A stretch of DNA of 64,000 nt from Yuukianura sp. NJ FZ-2021 (Eukaryota), in the NCBI GenBank assembly GCA_046563655.1, contig CM102286.1:3844001-3908000 (forward strand). The letters are read 5' to 3'. Position numbers and translations under genes: made by a program. This document shows, in pieces, positions 26,927 to 38,280 of the stretch; positions within the stretch are counted from its first letter, which is position 1, and the number at the start of each line of letters is the position of its first letter. Under the pieces are notes generated by a model that was not told where the DNA came from, searched no databases, and was given only the letters and a program-made list of their open reading frames with translations.

Positions 26927-29900
26927 ATGTTAAGCACTGCCCAATGTTTTCTATGCCTACTTTTATTTCTACTCTTCTTCAATGTTGGCAGTATCTGGGG
27001 ATTAATTGGGAAATTGATTCAAGGATTTGTATCGCTGCTTGAGGATTTAGGAGGTAATTTAACTTTGATCTAAATTCCAAAATTTAATGCAAATTTCGTA
27101 CCCCAATCACAATTTCTAATACAAACTTTTTCTTTTTAAGCTGTAGGTTTGACGATTATTTTCTTCAGTATCTACTTGAGGATTGCCCATGGGTTTTGTA
27201 ATTTTATACGATTTGGTGGAAACAATGCACTACCCACAAAATCGGCCAGAGCAAAAGTATGTGTGGCAGGCGGAAACGCTCAAGCGTATCACGTCGGCGT
27301 GACCTCGAAGTTTACGATACAAGTACGTTGTCTGATAAGTACGCTGCTTTTATATTTAGACGAGTGGTTTACTGAGGTCTTAAGAAACCAACGTTTTTCT
27401 TTCACTTAGGTTTTAGACAAAACACTTCGGACAAGTGTTGATCGAAAAGCGTTTTTGGATTCGCTGAGGGTAGAACTCAATCCAACAAGCTTTCCTATAT
27501 TGGGAGATCGTGATTCTTGCAGGATTCAAGTTGTCAGAGAATATGAACATGAGGACAGTGATGTCGACGAGAACGTTCTCACAATCAATGTTTCCGTCTG
27601 CAAATCTGGAAAATATGAACTGGAGGTACGCGACGGGTCACTACATGTTTTAGGAAGTCCAAAGATGATTCAGTTTCGTTCGGCTGATCTAGACGCGGAG
27701 AAAACCAGTTTTCAGAAACCAAGTCCATGTATTGTATTGACTGTTTCGACCAAATTCGATTTTTACCTACGCCCTAAAGACAAATTTGGAAATATTTGTT
27801 CCGTTTCCGACTCGGATTTAGCTAAATTCGACTTCAATTTTGCTCATGTAAGCCAACTGTAATTAACATATTCACTCAGAGGACTTTAAACTTGCTGCTT
27901 TTTTTAGGCAAATGGACAACCGTTGGACTACTTTACAACTTGTGAATATCTCTTTACACATTCGGGACAACCAGGGACTTCCATTCGATTCTCACCTGAG
28001 TTTAAACGGGTCGGAATATACCACGGAGAGATTTTATATGACAGGCATTTGGTGGATCAAGGAACCTTCGATCTGCTGGTCATGTCCAAAGACGAATACA
28101 ACACATTTCTGGATATGTTAACTAAGGACACAAATAGGATTTATCACGACGCAAGACTGCTCAGTGTCGACTTGGCAGTGGAGAAAGGGGAAGGCAAAAA
28201 AGTTTGTATTTACGTTGGCTCAAAACAGTTATCCATCCGTGAATATATCTGGCAGTTCATTCCACTGCGTGTTGCGACATTTCGTGTCACCCCGATAACA
28301 AAGGTTTGACTCTTTGACTCATGATTTGCCATTTCATATCACTGCGACTGTGCCAACTTCTGTGGTGTGTTTCAGGTAACAATTCTACCGGAATCTAGTC
28401 CCTCGGTAAAGGCTACAAACACGGTGTCAATCAGTGATGGATTCCAAAAGGTCACAGTTCAGATGGAGGCAACGGTCGCTAGAAGAGTTGTGGCCATGTT
28501 CTCTCATTTCATAAAGCAGCGAATTGGTTAGTTTAGCAATTCAATTAACTTTAAAAGTGGATTTCAACGCTTGGATTACATAACGAAATGACTAATTTCA
28601 GGCGGATCAGAATTGTCATTTGCTTCGAAGCAAACCGTGTTCTATTCCCGGTTAAAGGAATTGCAGACCAACTTCCGGTTATCGTTTTCCTTGTTGAGAA
28701 TCCGGAGGAACGATATTATTAACTCGGTAAGATTGCATTTCGCTTTAAAACTCTGAAACAATCGCTCCATCATTCCGTATTTGTATTAATTTCTGAAGAC
28801 AATGGAGCAAACGAAATGGTTCAGCAAAAACGATTGGTTCAAGAACTTTCGAATCGAGTTTTGTGAAGAGCAAGGTACTGCAATAACTTATTTTTAAAAA
28901 ATCAGTAATCTGTACATTATCTTTTCTTTCTTTTGTAAAAGGCGTCGACGCTGGTGGTGTTAGAAGAGAATGGCTAGAGCAATCCTGCGTCGAATGCTTT
29001 AAGCCTTCACCAACAGGACTGTTTTCACCTTTGGGAAATTCTCGCCTTGTCCATCCGAATCCAGCGAGTCAGAGAGATCCAAAATGGACGCTCAAACACT
29101 ACGAACTTGCTGGGAAGATTGTTGGAAAATGTCTCTTTGAGAGCGCCGTTGGAACTTCTCATAAGCAAATGGTCAACGGTAGATTTTCCAGATCTTTCCT
29201 AGCACAAGTTGTTGGTTTACGTCCAAATTATAGAGTAAGGATTCAATGATTCTTTGCTTCATATGATTTCGCGTTCTACTTTATTCCTCTGTTTGAATTT
29301 TGGTTGCAGCATTTTGAACAAGATGAGCCGGAGCTGTATATGCAAAAAATCAAATACATCCTGGAGAATGAGGTGGAACCGATGGACATGACCTTTACAG
29401 AAGAAGAATATGACAGGAATGGAACTCTGCTAAAAGTTGGTTTGACATTTGCCGCCACTCTGTTAAACACATTCCCAGCAACTAATAATTAACTTTTTCT
29501 TTCCCGTTACTCATTTAGACAGTGAACTTAGTAACGCATGGTTCGAAGTTAAAAGTGACTGACTCAAATAAGGTGGACTATCTACAGGCCTTGGCTACCT
29601 ACAAACTTGAGACCAGAGTCAAGCATGAAGTGGATGCATTTTCAAAGGGACTTCGTGAGCTAGTACCAGAAGAGCTACTCGTCAATTTTGATGAAAACGA
29701 GTTGGAGGTAACCTGACAATTCTCACATTTTATCTGTAGCTAACAATTGTTTCATATTTTACGATAATTTCCTAGATGCTGTGGTGCGGTGATAGCCATT
29801 TTGACATAGAGGACTTGAAGACGAACTTCCTGAAAGGTGCTGGAGGTTGGAGCTTCGATCCGACTTACAGCAAGATTCTGGAATGGTTTTGGGCAGCGCT

Positions 29901-30221
29901 AACTGGATTTAGTGACGAAGAGAGGGCCAGACTGCTTCAATTTACAACCGGAAGCAGTTTGTTGCCGCATGGCGGCTTTGCAGAACTTAATCCAAAGTTT
30001 CAAATTAGTCTTTCACCCGAATATGGAAAACTTCCAATTGCTCATGTAAGAATACATAAAATTTCAGGCACGTGTAATTTGAAGATCTAAAATGATTATT
30101 TTTTAACTTTCAGACTTGTATTAACGAAATTTGCCTTTCCGACAACCTCAACTTTGAGAAATTTCAAAAGTGCCTTCTAACCGCCGTTAATGAAGGCAAC
30201 CAGGGATTTGCCTTCCGCTGA
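26927..30221 (+). CDS. AREL1: AREL1-like HECT E3 ubiquitin ligase (hydrophobic N-terminus, filamin/Ig-like repeats, HECT)
   Basis: Multi-exon. GVDAGGVRREW, LVHPNP...YELAGKIVGKCLFESAVG..KQMVNGRFSRSFLAQVVGLR, ARLLQFTTGSSLLPHGGFAELNP, LPIAH|TCINEICL (catalytic Cys present), EGNQGFAFR*. Confidence 0.9.
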
Positions 30222-30526
30222 CTTACGATTTCCTCAATCTGTGATACTTCGCTATATTTTCCAAAGTACTTCAATTTTGTTACAAGAGTGGAAGACTGAC
30301 CAGGCGTAACACCTATCGTTTTCCAAAATATTATTTTCCCCGAGTTCTCCGATTCTTGTGGAATCAATTTCTAATTACTGTGTTGAACTGTGAATGTGAT
30401 ACTATGAAAACGCTTTTGATGGTTTCATTCTTATTCTATTCCTGTACAATCTGAACTGTTTTATGCCTCATTTAGGTTGATTAAAGTCTAGCAAATATTT
30501 TATGAGTATGCTGCGTTCAGCATCAA

Positions 30527-31175
30527 TTACATTTTGCGACAATATAAGAAGAAACACGTTGTACCGTGGCAGAAACCTGTTCTAAAACCGCAGTATTTCC
30601 GCTCCGGAATACATCTAGCCGGATCACGTACCTGTACAAAGCAATAATAAGCAATATCTGGTAAGATCGTGTGTGTATTATGAATTATACAATTAACTCA
30701 CTGATAGATGCGACCAGGTTGCAGTCGCACAGTGCGAACATGCACATTTTTAACGTTTTCGGTATTTAGCGTTAACTTTCTTCGACGTGGAATCCTTTTT
30801 TGTGGTACCTTCACGCTCTACTTGTTTTCAAATTCCTTCAAAATGTCCAGTTTTTCCAAATTCAAAATTTTTAGCCGATTGAAGCCTTTTTCTAGGAAAT
30901 TCTGTCGGCCATTCTGTAGTATCGTCAGTCTTGAAGCAAAAAAGGATCGAATTCCACGAAACTCTTGTTTCAACGTTTCAATTCTGTTAATAAATTCTGA
31001 GTTTTCGAGGTGTTTGACCTGTGAGTACTATGGCACTTTTTATGTAGAGGTCAACAATATCTTTGACAGTTTCAGTCCGTGATGACTGCACTGCATACTT
31101 TCAAAGTCAAAACTAGAAAAGGGAATGTTGGCCCCACCGCAGAGAAGAATCGACTTAAAACTTTATTGTGCATTT
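30527..31175 (-). pseudogene. Decayed precursor-like gene ending in a knottin exon (paralogue of 38281-38385)
   Basis: Exon 30631-30527 = VRDPARCIPERKYCGFRTGFCHGTTCFFLYCRKM* (one Cys lost). The upstream exon ends at the same AAG|GTAC donor (30809) but has an in-frame TAG at 30820-30818 where the paralogue has TGG. The 5' limit is uncertain. Confidence 0.6.
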
Positions 31176-32384
31176 CCGTGTGTCAGATTTTGCGAAATTA
31201 TGGAAAAGATTTTGGTGAAAGCACGGAGAAAGTCGAATTCCACTACACGCTTCTACAACATACATTCAGAGTCAGGAAATAACGTTAAATCAGTAGTTGT
31301 GTGTTCATATGTCATTGCCCATTGCTATCTTGAATTTTTTATGACAGGCTCAAATATAAATTTTCAAAAAAAATTGCTTTTGCTGGGAAGAGGTTTAGGA
31401 ACAAACTTAAGTGGGTCGAGGAGGAGGGTGACATTTTTAAAGTGGCTTTTTTTTCAGAATAACTTTGTTTTGCAAGACCACGTCCCTGTAGCCCATTGGC
31501 TTTGGAAACCTTGACGTTACATTTTCAAACAACCTTCGTTTGATTTTCACTTGTAACGGCTTATAATAGTTGAATGAAGGCACAACGATACATTGCAATA
31601 CTTCCACCAACTCAAATTCAAAATCCAAATTTTGAAAGATATGGGAGATATTTTGACTTCAAACCAACTTCCATCCAATCGTTTCTGGAAGTCGACCAAC
31701 ATCCACACTTTAATCAATATCAAACTTTGTACTTAAATGAATTTTGCAAACAGATTAGTTAAATGTATGGGGTAAAGATGAAGATGTGTTGGAAAAACTT
31801 TGGAAAGCTACTTGACCTTTTTTAAATCAACTAAGCAACTTCTAGTCAACTGATATGTATCAGCAGGTTAAGCATTTTCGACTTTAAAAACCGCAATTAT
31901 GCCCAATCAATTTATCAGGTTCATTTCCAAATGTAAGCATTTATGGTTAACTTACACCAAAATACAAAAAGAAGAAAAACAAGCACATAATTTTAATTAG
32001 TTGATACAGAAATTCATAGGAATTGTTGGACTCTTTCGCTACATTCAACCAAGAACTTGGTATTTATATAAATTTGGTAGATTTATTTCGTTGCAGTGAG
32101 CACAGCGGAGACCGTCCTGCTTTGTTACTTCGTGAAAACAAACGGCAATACAAAAGGTATACAATAAAACATTGAAATAATATTTAACATACACAAAACC
32201 TTTTCAACCTGCCCTAGGCAGGTGTTTGTGAATTCTGTTTAAATAAATATTTTAATTTTTTTTTTTTTTAAATGTTTCAATTTCAAATTTTGTTGTACAA
32301 AGAATTTCAATGTTTTCTTTAAACAGGTTAGTCAAAAATATTCAAAGAAAATCACCTTGACCACTCTCTCTGAAACTACTCGAC

Positions 32385-35300
32385 ATGAATGGCATGCTTG
32401 TTGCTATTATTGGGGTTGCTATGGCAATCGATGGCCGCGGCGTTACCGCCACTTTGCCGTCGACTGGCAACCTGACATCGGGAACCGGGGACCTCATCAC
32501 GAAGGTAACCGAATTCGCTTTGGAACAACTTTAGAATGGAATTATAACGCAAAGTATGCCCAACGTAACAAGCATGCTCAGCATGCTTGATGGGGTATCG
32601 CCCCAGACCCGACTGCTGTCAATAGTAACTGTAACTACAATTAACATAATTACTTCAATATGCACTTACAATTTTTGAATTCTAGATCAGCAATGTCGTC
32701 ACTGCAGTAGCCCCGATGGTTGAAAAATTAGTAAAGGAATTTCTCCCCGACATCGAGGAAGGAATCTCCAATGCAACAGTGGTGAGTAATTCTTAGGATA
32801 GTTTTTAGTATAGTACTTTTTTTATGATAGAAGAAAAATGAGTTATCAAACTTTATTATTAAAGAAATTCTATGGAAATATAGTTTTTCATATAGTGAAT
32901 GAAGGCTTCCAAGCTAAATTGTCTTAACTTCATAAACCTATCGGGATCGAATTCCATCGCATAGATTTACATAATAATATTTTTTAAAGTTTTTATTTCG
33001 GAAACAAGAATAACATTTACATTCCTAACTATGGAGGGGCAATAACGACTTTCACTAATCATTATTTTTATATTATAATTAAATATTTTTTCCTTAAAAT
33101 AAAAAAAACGTTTACAAAAAGAAAAAAAAGTTTTGAAAAAAAAATTTTTTTTTGTATTTAAAAAATAATTTTTGTACTTAAAAGTATTTTTCCAAATTAG
33201 AAATATTTTTTTATATCTAAAAAAAGTTCTTTAAAAAAATATTTTTTAGTTATAAAGTTTTTTTTCGTATAGAAAAAAACTTTATTTTTGGCGGAAGAAA
33301 TATAAATGAGGAGCACAGTGAAAAAACTTTTCAAAAGAAAAAAAGAAAAAATTTTTCTTTGGGATTGTGTCGTCATAAGCCAGGATTCGGTGGTCACTTG
33401 TGTTCTACCAATTGCATACTACGCGCGTCCACTATTGCCGGTTTTGAAATTCATAGAGGACCACGCCGTTGACAGGGCAGTTTTTTCTCGTGCCTGGGAG
33501 TAGGGGTGGGTGGTCCAACTGCTCGGTGGAGAATAGACTTGAACGGAGTGTTGGTGGCGCTAGTCTGGTGGAAGGAAGGAGAAACACACGATATCAGCAA
33601 TACAAGGGGCCAGAATTGATAACGCTGCTGGAAAAAAAAAGATGTTTCTCATTCTTTCCGCCAGACTAGAGCCACCAACACCAGAGGTGGTAGCCTGCAG
33701 GTAAACCTGCGCAGGTTGCAGGCCAACCTGCAGCCCGTGCAGGCGGGCTCAACCTGCGGTGGATTTTTGCAGGCTGCAGGCGTGCAGGTTTTTATTTGGA
33801 AATGTTGCAGGCGGGCGGGTTCAGCCTGCAATGCTCTGCAGGCGCCTGCATTTGGCCTGCAGGCTGCGCGTTGTGGTTTTTTGAGCGTTTTATTCTCAGA
33901 AACTTCAAGAAAAGCTAGAAACGAATAGAAAAATTACTTTCAAATGTTGAAGAATTAAAGTCAATAGAACTATGCAAACTTTTTGCTGCACATTAGTTGC
34001 ACTTATAGGGCTTTTAAACAATAAATAATAATGAATCCGGAGGCAGAAGAAATATGGTTATAAGTAAAGTCGGCGTTACACTTGCACGTGTAGACAACGC
34101 AAGATTTGACAGTATAACTTTTGCGGATTTTTTTATGTGCAAGGATCAAGAATTTTTAAAAGTTAAACAAACCAAAAGTAAGGTAGCAGTGTCGTAGAAC
34201 AATTTATTACTAGGAATTTTTCTCGCTACGTGTTTGGAAAGGACAACCGACAGATAATCGAGGGTGATTGAGTAATTGCCATTATACGCAAACGAATCTA
34301 CGCAGTAGTTTTGTAAGTGTATATTAAAATTTTCGCAGATTACAGTTCGTATAAAAAAATTGCAGGCTAACTGCAGGCAGCCTGCGCAGGCTGCAGGCTG
34401 GCCTGCGAAAAAGCCTTGCAGGTGCAGGCGTGCAGGCTGCCGATTTTCGACAATTTTGCAGGCTGCAGGCGTGCAGGCTAAAAATTCCTGCAGTGCAGGC
34501 GGGGCAGGTTGGGGAAAATAGTTGCAGGCTACCACCTCTGACCAACACTCCATGCAAGTCCAATGTCCACCGAACATTTGGACCACCCACCCACCCCTGC
34601 TGCTCCCAGTCCCAGGCACGAGAAAAAAGTGCAATGACGGCGTGGTCCTCATTGAATTTCAAAACCGGCAACAGTGGACAAGCGTGGTATGCAATTGGGA
34701 GAACACAACTGACCACCGATTCCTGGCTTATGACGTCACAACACCAACTTCAGAAAGAAAAGTTTTTTCTTTTTTTCATTTAAAAAGTTTTTTTTTTCAC
34801 AGTGCTCCACATTTATATTTTTTCGGTCAGAAATAAAGTTTTTTTTTTATACAAAAAAAACTTTATGACTAAAAAAATACTTTTTTAAAGAACCTTTTTT
34901 TAAATATAAAAAAAATATTTCTAATTTAGAAAAATACTTTTAAGTACACAAATTATTTTTTAAATACAAAAGAAAATTTTTTTTCAAAACTTTTTTTTCT
35001 TTTTGTAAACTTTTTTATTATTTTAAGGAAAAAAAATTTTAATTATAAGATAAAAATAATTAATAGTGAAAGTCGTTATTGCCCCTCCGTACCTAACACT
35101 AAATTGTCATATTACTGTTTTGTAAAATTTCAGAAATATATCAATACGACCGTGGGTTTGAAAATGGCTTCAATGGAAGAGGCCTTCAAAGGCTTGAAGG
35201 AGAACACAGAAAAGGGGACTCAGTTAATCAAGAATGAACTAATAGGTATCGAAGTCCGACTAGGATCATTGAGTACCGACTTGGCTGACGTCAAAGGAGA

Positions 35301-35568
35301 CTTACGCGAAACCAAGGCTCAACTTCGGAAAATTCGTAACGACGTGATCAAAACCATCCAACAAAACCACGACGAAACACAAAAAAAACACGCAGAGACG
35401 CAGAGGAAGCAAGAGGAATTCCAACAAAGCCTCCATGATATGAGAGCTGCGATCGGTATTTTGACAACCGACGTTGGCTACATCCGAGACTGGATGAAAA
35501 CCCAACAAAACGGTAATCCCAATACTCCGCGCCCATTAATTACCAGGAACGACATTGTTCGTTCCTGA
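32385..35568 (+). CDS. Putative secreted coiled-coil protein (possibly disabled)
   Basis: MNGMLVAIIGVAMAIDG... signal-like start; exon 32687-32781 ISNVVTAVAPMVEKLVKEF...; last exon 35134-35568 heptad-rich (LSTDLADVKGDLRETKAQLRKI). In-frame TAG at 32532-32534 unless a 30-nt GT-AG intron is removed. Confidence 0.55.
33032..35089. mobile_element. Non-autonomous foldback element with ~550-bp inverted arms and TA target-site duplication
   Basis: TA|tggaggggcaataacgactttcacta at 33030-33057 versus tagtgaaagtcgttattgcccctccg|TA ending at 35091. The arms stay complementary through an AT-rich block and a GC-richer block. Confidence 0.9.
33682..34540. mobile_element. hAT-like MITE nested in the foldback element
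   Basis: Perfect 18-bp TIR cagaggtggtagcctgca (33682-33699 / 34523-34540). Exact 8-bp TSD accaacac (33674-33681, 34541-34548). Dense subterminal (c)tgcagg repeats; no transposase ORF. Confidence 0.9.
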
Positions 35569-36359
35569 ATTAGTTGCAAGAAACGCCCCTTAACGTTCTT
35601 CGTTGGCTTCCAATTATTTGAATTTATGTAAGCACTTTTCCCTTTTTCCTCTTGATTCGGCAAATAAAGATGAATTCGTTTTCAACGGCAAATTCCGGCT
35701 GCAGATCAAAATTCTACGTTTGGCTTTGAAAAAAAAATGAGTCCATTTTCGCAATTACAGAGTAGTTAAACAATGGCTTTGCAGTTTGTATTCAAAAGGT
35801 AGCATGACTCCCGCAGCTTTAGGAACTGTAGCGTTAATCGGATTTGTAGTTTCTGCTTTGGGTAGTTCAATCGCTTCTGCGTATGATCTGTCAGGAAAAT
35901 TTTCGAAATTCAAACATAGTTTGAAACAAATATGATTTACAAAAATTATAATTATGTGTGGTACGCAAACTTTTTGCCGGAAGAGTGCAACTTGAGGTCA
36001 TTCAAAGATATGAGCATGACGTTGATTTCTCCAGCCAACCAGGTTATGTTTATACCATTTCCAGCATAAACTTTTAAGAAAGCCAGATACTGCTTCAAGT
36101 CTGTTTTCAACATTTCAAACATTTTTATTAACTTTTTAATATTTATTAAGAAAAAACTTAATAGAACAATATTTTTAACCTAAGAGGTTCACCAGGATCT
36201 GCTTTGCTTATTGAAGTTTGGAGTGACTCGTGAGCATCGTCCGAAACTATCAAGTGAATTCTATATATCCTCCCAGTGGAGGATATATAGTCAATTTCTC
36301 ACATTTACAATGAGAGCATTTAATTTCATATCATATTTAACTCAATTTTAATTATAATA

Positions 36360-37110
36360 TTATAGCTTTAGTCACCGCTAGATGTACCGCTAGATAGCTA
36401 CGCTTCGACATTAACTTTATACTTAAAGTTAAATTTGAACTTTTGACGCATATACTTCTTACCGGAAGCTATAATAAGCCTTTTGAAGCATCTTTAGTCA
36501 CCGTTAGATGTACCGCTAGATAGCTACGCTTCGACCTTACCATTAATATTATATTTGTTGACTTCAATTATTGAAGCGTAGCTAGCAAGCGCTGCATGTA
36601 GCGATGGCTTAGACTACACTAGAAGAGTAATATAATATGTCTCCATCATTCTAATGTGTAAAATTAATTAAAATTATATTTTGCTGACTTTAATTGTTGA
36701 AGCGTAGCTAGCAAGCGGTATATGTAGTTGGGTAAGACTACACTAGAAGAGTAATATAATATGTCTCCATCATTCTAATGTGTAAAATTAATTAAAATTT
36801 ATATTTGCTGACTTTAATTGTTGAAGCGTAGCTAGCAAGCGGTATATGTAGTGTGGGTAAGACTACACTAGAAGAGTAATATAATATGTCTCCATCATTC
36901 TAATGTGTAAAATTAATTAAAATTTATATTTGCTGACTTTAATTGTTGAAGCGTAGCTAGCAAGCGGTATATGTAGTGTGGGTAAGACTACACTAGAAGA
37001 GTAATATAATATGTCTCCATCATTCTAATGTGTAAAATTAATTAAAATTATATTTGCTGACTTTAATTGTTGAAGCGTAGCTAGCAAGCGTAGCACGCAG
37101 CGGTGCATGT
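36360..37110. repeat. ~125-bp satellite (about 4.3 copies) preceded by two inverted diverged motif copies
   Basis: gaagcgtagctagcaagcg at 36573, 36699, 36823, 36948 and 37072. The reverse-complement core tagctacgcttc occurs at 36395 and 36521. Confidence 0.9.
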
Positions 37111-37509
37111 AAATTTTTGTATATATGTTTTTAAAAAAAATTAAAAATTTTTTAATTTACAAATTTAAATTTTTTCATTAAAAAAAATTAAAATTTTTAA
37201 TTGCAAAGATTATAAATTGCTAATTGGGAAGAAGTTTTAGTTCTAAAATTCTGACTACATTGTATTTGTGAGAAATACAAACTTGATAGTTTCGGACGAT
37301 GCTCGTGAGTCAGCAGTTGCGTGACCTTTATAAAAAACTGTAATCTTTAAAAGCAATTTTGAAATATACTCCAAGTTTTTCAAAATTTTAAACTGAACAG
37401 TTGACTTGTAGCTATTCAAAACCATATAGCAGACACAATTGTTTGTAGTCTCCCGAAAAGAGAACGTGCATAACATCCCTTTGAATTTTCGTCCCATTTC
37501 GTTGACACT

Positions 37510-37928
37510 TTGGTGCGGCGATAGACATTTTAACATAGAGGGCTTGAAGAATAACCTCCTGAAAGGTGCTGGCGGTTGGAGTTTCAATCCGACTTAACAA
37601 GGTACTGCAATGATTTGCTGACGAAGAGTGGGCCAGACTGCTTCAATTTACCACCGGAAGCAGTTTCCTCCCGCGCATGGCGGACTTGCTGAACTTAATC
37701 CAAAGTTCCAAATTAGTCTTTCACCCGAATATGGAAAACTTCCAATTGCTCATGTAAGAATACATAAAATCTCTGTCACATGTAATTTTAAGATTTAAAA
37801 TGATTATTTTTAACTTTCAGACTTGTATTAACGAAATTTGCCTTTCCGACAACCTCAACTTTCAGAAATTTCAGAAGTGCCTTCTAACTGCCGTTAATGA
37901 AGGCACCCAAGGATTTGCATCCCGCTGA
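37510..37928 (+). pseudogene. Duplicated, broken 3' end of the AREL1-like HECT gene
   Basis: Matches 29779-30221 including the last intron, with a ~23-bp deletion near 37600-37615 and a 2-bp insertion near 37673. No upstream exons. Confidence 0.9.
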
Positions 37929-38280
37929 CTTCCGATTTCTTCAGTCTGCGATACTGCGTTATATTTTTCAAAGTACACTTTATAATGTCGTCACAAGAGT
38001 GGAAGACTGCGTGTGAGCGGTAACTAAAGTTTTCCAAAACACGTTTCGATTGATTTCGCCGATTCTTGTCGGATCAATTATTGGAATTGTTATTTTCAAA
38101 TGTCAGTGTGATGTGAAAAGCCTTCCAATGTTTTATTTTTATTCTTTGTCCAGTTCCTGTACAATCTGAACTGTTTTCTGCGTCACTTACGCGTCACTTA
38201 CTAGTTTAGTCAAATCTCATTTTTTCATTGTAGAATAGCGAATATTATTTTGTTTGTGAATGTGCTGAGTTCGGCACCCA

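Noticed and set aside
33649..34836. Several 60-170 aa ORFs rich in PAC/LQA
   Set aside because: They arise from tgcagg subterminal repeats of the MITE; no transposase motifs.
35750..36260. Possible small spliced minus-strand gene remnant
   Set aside because: Short open segments with plausible splice sites but no start codon or recognisable family.
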